64,000 nt of DNA from Limnochordia bacterium (GTDB lineage: Bacteria > Bacillota > Limnochordia > Darwinibacteriales > DTU012). The position numbers and the translations under genes were made by a program. This document shows positions 19,786-29,414 of the stretch, one piece after another. The notes under the pieces are model-generated. The model was not told the DNA's origin. It saw only the letters and a list, made by a program, of their open reading frames with translations, and did not search any database. The stretch is from contig SKJB01000019.1 in assembly GCA_007116145.1 (NCBI GenBank), positions 10,868-74,867 of the forward strand, in the 5' to 3' direction. The stretch's first letter is position 1. The number at the start of each line of letters is the position of its first letter.

Positions 19786-21090
19786 TTAATCGAAAGCCTT
19801 TGGATTGACTGTGAGAATTTTTTCCACCTGCGCCGGATAGGTAGCAATAAAACGCAATTCATCGTTAGTGAGTGGTTTTTGGTTATGCAAAGCAGCGTAC
19901 TGAACTAACCGTAACGTATCCCTTTCGCTTTCCAATTGTATGCCTAAGTTCGCGTATACATGCCGCAATCCTTTTAGTCCACCATACTCACCCGTTGAGA
20001 TAATCCGCCCAAGGGGCTTAATTTCTTGTTCATCAATTCCAAGTTCGTCAGGTGTATAGAGCTCATAATTTTTCCGATCCTTTAACATCCCATCTGCATG
20101 GATTCCAGATTCGTGCGCAAATGCATTAGATCCTACCCCTACTTGGTTAATTGGAATTCCCTGACCAAAAGCTACGGCTGCATAATTGCAGACCTTCCAG
20201 GCCTTAGTAAAGTCTATTTTCGGATCAAGAATTGCTCGATCTTGCATTCCGCGAGATTTCGTCAGAGCTAAGATCACAGAAACCAAGTCAGCATTACCAG
20301 CTCGCTCACCCATACCGTTTACTGTGGTGTTAATATAGGCATCCACACCTGCATCAATAGCTCCCATAGCACCTTCTACAGAGTTTGCCACGGCATACCC
20401 TAAGTCATTATGGCAATGGAGCTCAATCGGAATTTGGACAGCCTCTGCGATGCGTTTAACACTATCATAGATGGATATGGTTCGATCAAACCCTAAGGTA
20501 TCACAATAACGAATCCGATCTGCTCCATGCTCTTTAGCCGTCATCGCAAAACGGACTAGATAATCTTCATCATATCGTTTATCATGGGTGTATGGTTCTG
20601 TACGGGATGCATCCTCTGCATTTACACCGATTGATTCAATACCTGCTTCCTTTGCTGCTGATACTGCTTCGGCGACCATTTTCAAGATATCAGAACGATC
20701 GATACGACCACCAAATTTCCCATCAGTCATGATCTGTGATGTCGATATGGATAGGTTCAGATGCTTAACGTTTGTATGTTTAACGGTCTGATATACATCC
20801 TCAGCTGCAGCTCGCACCCAGCCTTCGAGACGCATATTGCCCATTACGCCCATTTCCGCTAATTCTAGGTTGGCATTTAGATAATTCCACTCGTGTTGCA
20901 GTGCAGGAAATCCAAATTCGCTTTGATAAATTCCCATCTCTCCAAGATATACATTCAGCATCGTCTTCTCAAGCTTAGACAAGCCAATAAACGCCGTCTG
21001 CACTCCATCGCGATTTGTGACATCAATGATATAAATCTTATTTTTATCGCCCATAGACACCTCTCCTAAAATATTTATTCGTGCAATCAA
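19786..21090 (-). CDS. 2-isopropylmalate synthase / homocitrate synthase-family (DRE-TIM, HMGL-like) protein, short form without the LeuA C-terminal regulatory domain; possibly a citramalate, homocitrate or Re-citrate synthase
   Basis: The N-terminal IYIIDVTNRDGVQT corresponds to TTLRDGEQ. The HxH metal site ...LHCHNDLGYAVANS and a HESGIHADGMLK motif are present. At 434 aa it is about 80-100 aa shorter than LeuA, and it is the last gene of the ilvBN operon. Confidence 0.75.
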   Translation of the reverse strand: MIARINILGEVSMGDKNKIYIIDVTNRDGVQTAFIGLSKLEKTMLNVYLGEMGIYQSEFGFPALQHEWNYLNANLELAEMGVMGNMRLEGWVRAAAEDVYQTVKHTNVKHLNLSISTSQIMTDGKFGGRIDRSDILKMVAEAVSAAKEAGIESIGVNAEDASRTEPYTHDKRYDEDYLVRFAMTAKEHGADRIRYCDTLGFDRTISIYDSVKRIAEAVQIPIELHCHNDLGYAVANSVEGAMGAIDAGVDAYINTTVNGMGERAGNADLVSVILALTKSRGMQDRAILDPKIDFTKAWKVCNYAAVAFGQGIPINQVGVGSNAFAHESGIHADGMLKDRKNYELYTPDELGIDEQEIKPLGRIISTGEYGGLKGLRHVYANLGIQLESERDTLRLVQYAALHNQKPLTNDELRFIATYPAQVEKILTVNPKAFD

Positions 21091-21182
21091 CCTAGCATTT
21101 CAGCTAGTATTCGCCACATCTTTGCAGTATTGGAAATGAGTATATCATAACCGTACTGAGCTGTCAAATTTCCCCTATGTGC

Positions 21183-21686
21183 CTATTGCCCAACCTGACT
21201 AATCTGTTGATCTCCTCGTTGCAAAGCAGTTAATCCTGTTCGGACTAACTCTTTAATACCATACGGTTGCATGAGTTCTATAAACGCTTGTAGCTTGGAT
21301 TGGTCTCCCGTAATTTCGACCGTTAGTGTTGACGGAGATACATCAATAATGTTTGCCCGAAAAATATTAACTATCCCAGTAATCGAGGCTCTAGTCTTTT
21401 CTCCAGCCTCAACTTTAACGAGAACAAGCTCACGATATACAGACGCTTCTGGTGCAAGCGATACAATCTTGATGACATCTACCAGTTTGTTCAACTGTTT
21501 TTTAATCTGTTCCAAAATATAACTATCACCACGCACAACGATGGTCATGCGCGAGATAGAGGCATCTTCCGTCTCACCTACGGATAGGCTGTCAATATTA
21601 TACCCTCGCCGGCTAAACAGACCGGAAATCCGACTTAATACTCCAGAATGATTCTCGACTAATACAGATATTACATGGCGGTCCAT
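21183..21686 (-). CDS. ilvN: Acetolactate synthase small (regulatory) subunit
   Basis: The N-terminus MDRHVISVLVENHSGVLSRISGLFSRRGYNIDSLSVG is the canonical ACT domain of IlvH/IlvN; 167 aa. Confidence 0.9.
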   Translation of the reverse strand: MDRHVISVLVENHSGVLSRISGLFSRRGYNIDSLSVGETEDASISRMTIVVRGDSYILEQIKKQLNKLVDVIKIVSLAPEASVYRELVLVKVEAGEKTRASITGIVNIFRANIIDVSPSTLTVEITGDQSKLQAFIELMQPYGIKELVRTGLTALQRGDQQISQVGQ

Positions 21687-21714
21687 ACGTATCCTCCTTT
21701 GATTTTATACAGAT

Positions 21715-23334
21715 TTATAATGTGCTTTCTTTCGCATCTACGATACATTCAACCAAGTAAGGCTTCCCCGACTCTAGAGCTACTCGCATACTTGCTGAAA
21801 AATCTTTGGTATTTGTAACCTGTACTCCTTGAAAGCCGTACGCTTGCACCAGAGCAATAAAATCGGGATTACCGTCAGTAATGTCGATTCCAAATGTTTC
21901 TCCATAACCCCGATCTTGTAACTCGCGCACCATACCTAAACGGGAATTGTTAAACAGAAGTATCACTATCGCTAAGCGATTTTGAGCAATCGTCCCTAAC
22001 TCAAACATACTCATTTGGAAGCCACCATCGCCAACAATTGCCACAACCTGCCGATCTGGCGCAGCAACTTTAGCACCAACAGCCGCGGGCAGACTATAAC
22101 CCATTGTTCCCAATCCTCCCGACATCAGCAACTTGCGGTCGCCCTGCATGGGGAAATTCCTTGCTGCCCATAACTGGTTTTGACCAACATCGGCCGTAAC
22201 CACTGCTTGATCGTCTACAACCTCTCCTAAGTCACGGAGAACCTGCTTAGGATTAACGAATCCTGGTTTGTTGTGTATTTCTGTATGCACTCGATCACGT
22301 ATACTCGCTAGTTCAGCTACCCACTCTTCTGTTTCCAAGGGCTCAATCCCGTCAGACAGTTGCTGCAGGATATGTTTTGCGTCACCGACAACGGGTATAA
22401 GGGTTCCAAGATTTTTACCTATCTCCGCAGGATCAATATCAATATGAATAATCTCGGCATTTTTGGCAAAGATACCAGAGCCTGCTGTTGCTCGATCAGC
22501 AACTCTTGCACCGATGACAACGAGCAGATCCGCCTGCCCGACCCCGCGGTTAGCATGGGCAAATCCATGAGAACCGATCATACCAAAATAGTAAGGATGA
22601 TCGACACCCATCGCTCCTATACCCATTAGTGTATGCACAACGGGAATGCGTGCTTTCAAAGCAAACCCAGCTAATTCCTTTGTCGCCTTAGCGTGTAGAA
22701 TCCCACCACCCACACAGATAAGTGGTTTCTTACTGTGTCGTAGCTTGCGTAAAGCCCGCTTTATTTGTCCAACGTGACCTTCAAAGGTTGGCTTGTACCC
22801 ACGAATTTGTAGTTCATCTGGCTGATTAAATTCAATTCGCGTATTTTGAATGTCAACAGGGATATCAATGAGCACCGGACCCGGACGACCCGTACTCGCA
22901 ATATGAAACGCCTCTTTCATAATCCGCGGCAACTGTTGTGCATTGCGAACCAAATAGCTGTGTTTTATAAATGGTTCTGTTGCGCCTGTGATGTCCACCT
23001 CTTGAAACACATCTCGTCCCATCAAATCTGTGCGCACCTGCCCTGTGATGATTACCAAAGGAATCGAATCCATATATGCCGTAGCAATTCCTGTAATCAG
23101 ATTCGTGGCGCCAGGTCCAGAGGTTCCAATCGCAACACCAACAGAACCTGTCGTGCGTGCATATCCACTTGCACTATGGACGGCAGCTTGCTCGTGACGA
23201 ACTAGGATATGTCTAACCATGCCATTATTACGCAATGCATCATATAATGGGAGGACGGCCCCGCCAGGATAGCCAAAGACAACCTCAACATTTTCCTTCT
23301 GCAGACATTTAACAATTGCATCTGCTGCTTTCAT
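21715..23334 (-). CDS. ilvB: Acetolactate synthase (acetohydroxy-acid synthase) large subunit
   Basis: The N-terminus VVFGYPGGAVLPLYDAL, a ThDP motif GDGGFQMSMFELGT and a length of about 540 aa support the call. An RBS AGGAGGA precedes the start, and a T-box leader lies immediately upstream. Confidence 0.9.
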   Translation of the reverse strand: MKAADAIVKCLQKENVEVVFGYPGGAVLPLYDALRNNGMVRHILVRHEQAAVHSASGYARTTGSVGVAIGTSGPGATNLITGIATAYMDSIPLVIITGQVRTDLMGRDVFQEVDITGATEPFIKHSYLVRNAQQLPRIMKEAFHIASTGRPGPVLIDIPVDIQNTRIEFNQPDELQIRGYKPTFEGHVGQIKRALRKLRHSKKPLICVGGGILHAKATKELAGFALKARIPVVHTLMGIGAMGVDHPYYFGMIGSHGFAHANRGVGQADLLVVIGARVADRATAGSGIFAKNAEIIHIDIDPAEIGKNLGTLIPVVGDAKHILQQLSDGIEPLETEEWVAELASIRDRVHTEIHNKPGFVNPKQVLRDLGEVVDDQAVVTADVGQNQLWAARNFPMQGDRKLLMSGGLGTMGYSLPAAVGAKVAAPDRQVVAIVGDGGFQMSMFELGTIAQNRLAIVILLFNNSRLGMVRELQDRGYGETFGIDITDGNPDFIALVQAYGFQGVQVTNTKDFSASMRVALESGKPYLVECIVDAKESTL

Positions 23335-23339
23335 CAATC

Positions 23340-23660
23340 ATCATCCTCCTAGTATAAAAATAACCCCATCCCATATACAGGGACGAGGTATTAACCACGC
23401 GTTACCACCCTAACTTATACCAGTTTTACAACTCGGTATCACTTAGAAGGTCCAATTAGACCTTGACCGATAACGGAGTCTCCCGATACTTCCTACTTAT
23501 TCAGAAATACAGCTCCAGAGCGACACGAATTTCCCTTTTAGTCCGATTCACACCACCCACCGGCTCTCTGCACTCAAGTTGGAAACACTTAACTCTTTCT
23601 TTGCTATTCGCAATATGTATTTCTATGAGTATATCAATAATTAAAGGGTTTGTCAAATTT
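23340..23660 (-). promoter_or_regulatory. T-box riboswitch leader controlling the ilvB-ilvN-(IPMS-like) operon
   Basis: The minus-strand RNA contains AGUUAGGGUGGUAACGCGUGG (window 23395-23416), a near-perfect match to the T-box consensus AAUUAGGGUGGUACCGCGG. A U-rich tract and the ilvB RBS follow. Upstream stem-I-like elements include AGAGAG and GGUGUGAA. The specifier codon is not unambiguously identifiable by eye, with candidates CUC (Leu) or AUU/AUC (Ile). Confidence 0.75.
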
Positions 23661-23833
23661 CGAATAGAATGTGAAAATTTTCGATTTTTTCGCACAATGG
23701 AGTTCATCATTCCTAAATCCCATATGTATAAATGTTTTTATTTTTTATTTTTATTTTAACAAAGGAGAAAGCATTCAATTAATAGAACTCACTACTTGTT
23801 AGCACCTCGACGTGGTTTTTTGGAGGTGTGTGA

Positions 23834-24185
23834 ATTGAGAGCATTACTAGCCGATGATAATGAATCATCGATCTTTTCGGTCAGTAATTACCTTGAAACA
23901 TTCGGCATTCAAGCTATTTGTGCTTGCACTCGTCAAGAGTGCTTAGAATTATTAGAAATGTGTAATGTAGATGTAGTCATAGTGGATTTGGTAATCGATG
24001 GTTGCTTTTCTCTTACCTGTGTGGAAAAAATTAGAGAAAAATACCCTTCTTTACCAGTAATAATTTGGACGGGATACACTGCAGAACAGCTTCCCAAGCA
24101 CATATTAGAGCGCTTTATTGTTATTTACAAGCCATATTGCCTTGAAGAAGTTCGAAAACTGATAATCAAGCAGCAACCGTTATAG
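23834..24185 (+). CDS. Single-domain response-regulator receiver (CheY-like), orphan with no kinase nearby
   Basis: The sequence (M)RALLADDNES...VDVVIVDLVI...PVIIWTGY...IYKP matches the receiver phospho-acceptor Asp, T and K positions. The start is probably TTG at 23834 after an RBS GGAGGTG, so the track ORF start at 23796 is likely overextended. Confidence 0.6.
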
Positions 24186-24309
24186 AAGCTTATGTCACGT
24201 CGGGGTGCCTACAATTGCCCATCAAGTGATAGTCACCGCTATATTGGTATAAAAAAGACGCTCCCCTTAACGAAAAGGAAAGAGAGCGTCTTGTACTACT
24301 AGTTTATCC

Positions 24310-26007
24310 CTATTTTACTGCTACCCCTTTTTTCAGGATAGCCTTTGCTTCATCATCGGTTGCATCAGCCACATAAGGAATCCCAGTGTCTAGTGCAGTT
24401 TCCCTATTACCTGCCATTAAATCATTGCGTTTTATCTCTGAGAGATTAAACGCACGAGCACCAGCCATGAACTGCTGTAAACCACAAGCCAATTTATCGG
24501 CAAACGTATATAATGCGACAGCTCCATACGGAATGTGCTTCATCTCATTCTTACCTACTAACTCCTCCACATCATACCAACTAGCAAAAATACTCTCTGG
24601 CCTATCCCCAATTTCGCTCACACTAGCAGGTAATTGGGTCCAATTTCCACTTACCCGTTCTCTGCTTTCAGGATTCAGTACACCCTCAATATTTGAACCC
24701 AAGAAACCGGGAATCATCGGTGCTCGACCAAGACAGACTAATTTAGTATACGGTGAGCCTAGCGCTAAGGCCTTAAAGATGTGGTCTTCGCGAGCAAAAC
24801 CACCACCGAACGATAAATCCGGCACGTTCAATCCTTGTTGACTTAAAATATCTGCATACTCCACAGTCTTACTGTGTAATTGTAGTGAAGGAACACCCCA
24901 GTGCTCCATCATGTTCCAAGGACTCATACCAGTCCCGCCACCTGCTCCGTCTATCGTTAGTAGATCTAACTTCGCATCAGTGGCAAAGCGGAGGCTCATC
25001 GCCAATGTCTTCATGGCATAGGCACCAGTCTTTAGTGATATGCGCTTATATCCTAAACTCCGTAGATAGGAAACAGACTCCATAAAACTTAACTCCAGTT
25101 GCTCTGTTGTGGCTTCAGTTGTCCCTCCAAGTCGACTATGACGAGCAAACGTTTTGATAGCACCCGATTTGAAAGCCCTTTGATTGGTTGCCAATCGTGG
25201 ATCAGGATCGACTACATACCCTCGTTCAGCGAGAAACAATGCATATTCTAGGGTGTCTACCTGAATTTCTCCACCAATGTCCTTCGCTCCCTGGCCCCAT
25301 TTAAGTTCGATAATCACCGAATCCCCATACTTATCTATCACGTATTCAGCAACACCATTACGAGTGTCTTCAACATTCAGCTGTACAAAAATAGCGCCAT
25401 ACCCGTCACTATATTTTTGATATACATCGATCCGACGATCCAATTCAGGAGCTGCAAGAATACGACCCCCTTCGATTACAGACTCTTTATCTACCCCGAC
25501 CACGTTCTCGCCAATCACCACGGGAAAACCAGATAAAGCAGCACCGATAGCAAAGGACTCCCAGTACTTCGCAGCAATAAACGTCGAGCCTAGCGCTCCT
25601 GTCATAATCGGCAACTTGCACTTGGTCTTAATGCTTTGCCCAAACTCCGTTGTCAAATCGACATTCGGAAAGATACAGTGGTCTGCATCATTACTAAGTC
25701 CTTCTCCTAAACCATTTGCACCATGGGCATACCCTTGAATTCGCAGCGCATGATAACCCACACCTTCAGGACAAACATTACCACTTCCAGCGGTAACAAG
25801 ACCAAAGTCTCTTGGATACAGAGTCTTACGACCTTGGAGCGAAGCTAACCAAGTTTCACACTTACCCTTACAATCGGCTCGACACAATGTACATAAGCCA
25901 GACTCACAAGCATCCCCTCGGTTAACAGTTCCCAAAGCATCATTTCGTTTACGCCATTCCTGCATTGTATACCCTCCACTACGTATATTTATACACTTCT
26001 TAAGCAT
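24310..26007 (-). CDS. Glutamate-synthase-related FMN-binding protein (GltB domain-2 family) with an N-terminal Cys-rich, probably Fe-S, segment
   Basis: An N-terminal CESGLCTLCRADCKGKCE cluster is present, and LLTIDGAGGGTGMSP matches GltB IDGAEGGTGA; 565 aa. Confidence 0.75.
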   Translation of the reverse strand: MLKKCINIRSGGYTMQEWRKRNDALGTVNRGDACESGLCTLCRADCKGKCETWLASLQGRKTLYPRDFGLVTAGSGNVCPEGVGYHALRIQGYAHGANGLGEGLSNDADHCIFPNVDLTTEFGQSIKTKCKLPIMTGALGSTFIAAKYWESFAIGAALSGFPVVIGENVVGVDKESVIEGGRILAAPELDRRIDVYQKYSDGYGAIFVQLNVEDTRNGVAEYVIDKYGDSVIIELKWGQGAKDIGGEIQVDTLEYALFLAERGYVVDPDPRLATNQRAFKSGAIKTFARHSRLGGTTEATTEQLELSFMESVSYLRSLGYKRISLKTGAYAMKTLAMSLRFATDAKLDLLTIDGAGGGTGMSPWNMMEHWGVPSLQLHSKTVEYADILSQQGLNVPDLSFGGGFAREDHIFKALALGSPYTKLVCLGRAPMIPGFLGSNIEGVLNPESRERVSGNWTQLPASVSEIGDRPESIFASWYDVEELVGKNEMKHIPYGAVALYTFADKLACGLQQFMAGARAFNLSEIKRNDLMAGNRETALDTGIPYVADATDDEAKAILKKGVAVK

Positions 26008-26125
26008 ATATCTATTTTGAGTAACCTCTTAGTGTTAAGTATAAACTTTGGATTTGTGCTTGTAAACGCACAGGCATATTATTATACGTGTATACAACGT
26101 AGTGCATGTATACACGTATACAAAA

Positions 26126-26160
26126 AATCGCCTCTACCATAGGGGCGATTTTTATCCGCT
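26126..26160. terminator. Rho-independent terminator (bidirectional) downstream of the aldolase gene
   Basis: The hairpin ATCGCC-TCTACCATAG-GGCGAT is flanked by an A-run and a T-run. Confidence 0.65.
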
Positions 26161-26196
26161 TCGCTGCTAGCTCATTAGCAACAAATACTATTCTAC

Positions 26197-26913
26197 TTAA
26201 AAAAACAATTCTAACAGACCATCAACCTGTCCAGGGGCCCCTGGCATGGGCAAACTGCGCGTTTTCATTGTACGTTCTAAATTCTGCACATGCTCTTTAG
26301 CTAGAACCTCTGCTCCGCCTAATAATTGAGCCACAAGGATAGACTTCGCAGCTGCTTCCATCATCTCAAAAAACTCTAAAGCTCTTTCTACTCCCTCTAA
26401 ACTAGTGACAATTGCACCATGATTCTTCATTAAAAATGCATTTGCATTAGGGAGTTTGTCATCGAAAGCTCGTGCTAATTCCTCTGACAAAGGCTCCTCA
26501 TACTCAACAGTAACCATTGGTCCTACCTCAATAATCGGTTCAGGCAAGAATGCTTTGGTCAAGAGATCGGTATCTGCGATGGCAAAACCAGTCATTACTG
26601 GTGGGTGGGCGTGAACAATTCCAGTTAAGTCAGGACGTTTCTCAAATATCCGGAGATGAAATGGAGACTCACCTGTTGGTTTGCGACCCTCCTTGGCAAA
26701 CAATACATTGCCCTGCATATCAATAATACAAACATCATCAAATTGAATCTTGCGCTTAGCCACTTTTGTTGGCGTAATGAGAACGACATCATCAGCCACT
26801 CGATAAGAAAGGTTTCCTCCATGGGATGTTACATAGCCAAGATCTGCTAACCGGCGGCTAGATTCGGCTAACTCCTGGATCTGATTAGAATATTTTTGTT
26901 GTAATTCGTGCAT
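26197..26913 (-). CDS. Class II aldolase/adducin-family protein (L-fuculose-1-phosphate aldolase / ribulose-5-P 4-epimerase-like)
   Basis: A metal-binding His cluster GIVHAHPP and the N-terminal LADLGYVTSHGGNLSYRV motif are typical of class II aldolases; 238 aa. Confidence 0.8.
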   Translation of the reverse strand: MHELQQKYSNQIQELAESSRRLADLGYVTSHGGNLSYRVADDVVLITPTKVAKRKIQFDDVCIIDMQGNVLFAKEGRKPTGESPFHLRIFEKRPDLTGIVHAHPPVMTGFAIADTDLLTKAFLPEPIIEVGPMVTVEYEEPLSEELARAFDDKLPNANAFLMKNHGAIVTSLEGVERALEFFEMMEAAAKSILVAQLLGGAEVLAKEHVQNLERTMKTRSLPMPGAPGQVDGLLELFF

Positions 26914-26935
26914 CTTCTACCCCTCATTTCTCTAG

Positions 26936-27721
26936 TTAATCGATTAAAAAAACAACTGCATAGTGCGCAAAAAAGTCATATTTCTTAGCAGCTTCAAAAA
27001 TTCTACGAGCATCATTTTGACTGATAATAACCTCTGTTCTTGCAGGACCAGCTACATCAAGGGCGACGATCGTTAATGGTGAAGTATATGATAAGCGTCC
27101 AGGGACGCTAACCCGTTGCACCATGTTCGACGATAACTCTCGACCATAGGATACCACTCCCTGTTGTTGCACATAATCATAAGATGCCACAACACCGCCA
27201 TAAATCAATTCACCAGATTCAGACCAGACCCGAGGACTGATACCACGCTGTAACCCTAATCCGCGAGCATCCACAATTAATCCGGTATATACCTGGCGAT
27301 CAACGACTAGTTGGAATAAACCATCTTGATTGGATGCGTCTATATGGGATGATCGAGCTATACTCATCATCTGATCAACACTACCATCAGTTAGACCTTC
27401 GTTCGTGTATACACGTACAGACGCGCGGTTTGCACGGACTGGAGTTATGAATTGGAGATCAACACTATCCTGGGATTCTAGACCGCGATGTAACTTCGAC
27501 ATATGTAAAAAATCGCCGCTCTCACCATGAGTCCAAAGGGATATACGTGTCGGAATACTACTCACACTTCCAGGTAGAGTAAACGAGAGATCATAGGTAG
27601 CATGAGCTTCTACCAAAAATGCCTTCACTTCATAACTAGCCTGTACCTGCTGATAACCAAATAAACCAGTAACAACGAGCAGCAAACCAATGACAATAAT
27701 TCCACGACTACCCCGTTTCAT
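26936..27721 (-). CDS. Secreted protein or lipoprotein, unknown function
   Basis: It has the signal peptide MKRGSRGIIVIGLLLVVTGLFGYQQVQA. I recognised no motif. Confidence 0.4.
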   Translation of the reverse strand: MKRGSRGIIVIGLLLVVTGLFGYQQVQASYEVKAFLVEAHATYDLSFTLPGSVSSIPTRISLWTHGESGDFLHMSKLHRGLESQDSVDLQFITPVRANRASVRVYTNEGLTDGSVDQMMSIARSSHIDASNQDGLFQLVVDRQVYTGLIVDARGLGLQRGISPRVWSESGELIYGGVVASYDYVQQQGVVSYGRELSSNMVQRVSVPGRLSYTSPLTIVALDVAGPARTEVIISQNDARRIFEAAKKYDFFAHYAVVFLID

Positions 27722-27874
27722 AGCGTAACCTCCTTTTTAATACCAGTCACTCGTAAATCAATCAAGCTTTCTAATTTTAAACGTTCTTCATAGATTGGAA
27801 ATATCCTCCTTTCTCTTCATCCATAAACCAACAAAAAAAGAAAAAAATGCAAGGTCGGTCATGACCCTACATCC

Positions 27875-28669
27875 TTAGAGCTTCTGATATACATGATAAC
27901 GTAATCGTTGCGAACTGCCACCCCAAAATCCGAGAATATGGTGAGGTGCTTGTTTTTCTAGAACAACATAAAAGCGGTGAGGAAAGAAAATCCGAATAAG
28001 ACCCCTTAGACCAAGAGAAAAAACGATAATATTATCTGAATCTTTCAGCATAACATTCATAGTTTCTGGAAATGTAGACTGCCTCACTAATTTATCAATC
28101 TCACTCTGCTTTAGTAAGCTTACTTGTAAACGGTTAAACTTATCTCCGCTATTGCTATCATACAAATTCCCATGAAACGTAGTCTCCCCAGCTAGTACTA
28201 GAGATTGCAAATATAAACCTAATGACTCTATGTCGACGGTTTCCGTTGGAATATCGTGTTCCCGAATTTGCTGGGATTCTTGCTCTAAGAAAAATTCAAG
28301 CACTAAGCGGTCTACTTCTATATCAATAAATGCCGTCCGACGATCAAATCCGATTCGCTCTATATCATCTTTGGCCCTAACTTCTAATTCGCTACTTAGT
28401 AAAAGAAAACTGAGATCATAAACACTCTTACTTTGGTAGCTCGGTCCAGTAGCTGCAATCGTTATTTGAGCCAAGTCACGATCAATCCTCATCGATGTCG
28501 TATACGAATACTCAATGACATCATCAGGTGTAAGGATATCTATTCTGTATCCCTGCAAATCTGGAAGACTATCGGGCAAACTTTGAGCCATACCAGTCGC
28601 TAGCCCGAATAAACTGCAGACTGTTAATAAACACATCATAAACACCATGCGATCACACTTCACAACCAA
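27875..28669 (-). CDS. Secreted protein, unknown function (possibly LolA/RseB-like fold)
   Basis: It has an N-terminal hydrophobic signal (MVFMMCLLTVCSLFGLATGMAQS). The true start may be the internal Met, and the family assignment is weak. Confidence 0.35.
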   Translation of the reverse strand: MVVKCDRMVFMMCLLTVCSLFGLATGMAQSLPDSLPDLQGYRIDILTPDDVIEYSYTTSMRIDRDLAQITIAATGPSYQSKSVYDLSFLLLSSELEVRAKDDIERIGFDRRTAFIDIEVDRLVLEFFLEQESQQIREHDIPTETVDIESLGLYLQSLVLAGETTFHGNLYDSNSGDKFNRLQVSLLKQSEIDKLVRQSTFPETMNVMLKDSDNIIVFSLGLRGLIRIFFPHRFYVVLEKQAPHHILGFWGGSSQRLRYHVYQKL

Positions 28670-28812
28670 ATACCCCTTTCTTTCAAAGAAACTACCCTCA
28701 CCTTAACCCTAATTCGCCTTACCGGAGCGATCTCCTGCTAGCTACAGGCCAAATACATTTGTTGACAAATAGCGTTCTAGACTAAAAAAATAAGCGCAGG
28801 CAAACCCCACGC

Positions 28813-29109
28813 TTATCCTTTGCTCATCGTATTTAGCTTTCCCTCACGGATAATTCTGCGAATGCTGTCATAACTTAAGTGAAATAGTTCCATTAGCGCT
28901 TCAACCGATTCTCCGTTAACATAATGACTCAAGATCTCTCTGTTTCTCGCTTCTAACTGTACCTTTGTACCGTTACGCTCACCCCAACTGAGATATCCCT
29001 CAGACTTTTTAGGAATATATATCTCTTTTCCTTGTACATAGCGCTGAATCTGATGTACCAAATCCCTGGGCAAAACTTTTTCTGCGTTTACATACATACG
29101 GCCATGCAA
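28813..29109 (-). CDS. Mor-family transcriptional activator-like small DNA-binding protein
   Basis: The segment GKEIYIPK...ARNREILSHYVNGESVEALMELFHLSYDSIRRII fits the Mor-domain pattern IYIPK...RN..I...F.G.....L...Y.LS.R.I..II with a C-terminal HTH; 98 aa. A rho-independent terminator lies at about 28770-28808. Confidence 0.6.
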   Translation of the reverse strand: MHGRMYVNAEKVLPRDLVHQIQRYVQGKEIYIPKKSEGYLSWGERNGTKVQLEARNREILSHYVNGESVEALMELFHLSYDSIRRIIREGKLNTMSKG

Positions 29110-29414
29110 CCCCCTAAAACGGTGCTAGCCTAAACGGTCAACCAATTAAGGTAGGCCCACACCCTATTATTTTCTACTACGCATACGTTCCTATTCGTAA
29201 ACGAATGAATCATCATCTGGCCTACCCCCTTTCCCTGTATAGTGAATTGTTAAATTCCTGTATCCATATTTTACAGTATATTCAGTAATACTTCAAGGGC
29301 AAATTCATTCCTAATTGTTCTTGCAAATCACTCTATCACTTAATGCGACAGATTTCACAAACTTAAGCAGGAATCAGTTAGAAAAGACAGAATACTTATC
29401 TTGGAGGGATTAAC

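Noticed and set aside
26084-26125. GTATACA-containing repeats considered as a possible CRISPR or repeat array
   Set aside because: There are only two inverted copies forming a single palindrome, with no spacer-repeat periodicity and no cas genes.
28813-29109. Mor-family gene as a sign of a prophage or mobile element
   Set aside because: I recognise no integrase, terminase, capsid, tail or recombinase genes, nor att-like direct repeats, anywhere in the window. The flanking genes are chromosomal-type.
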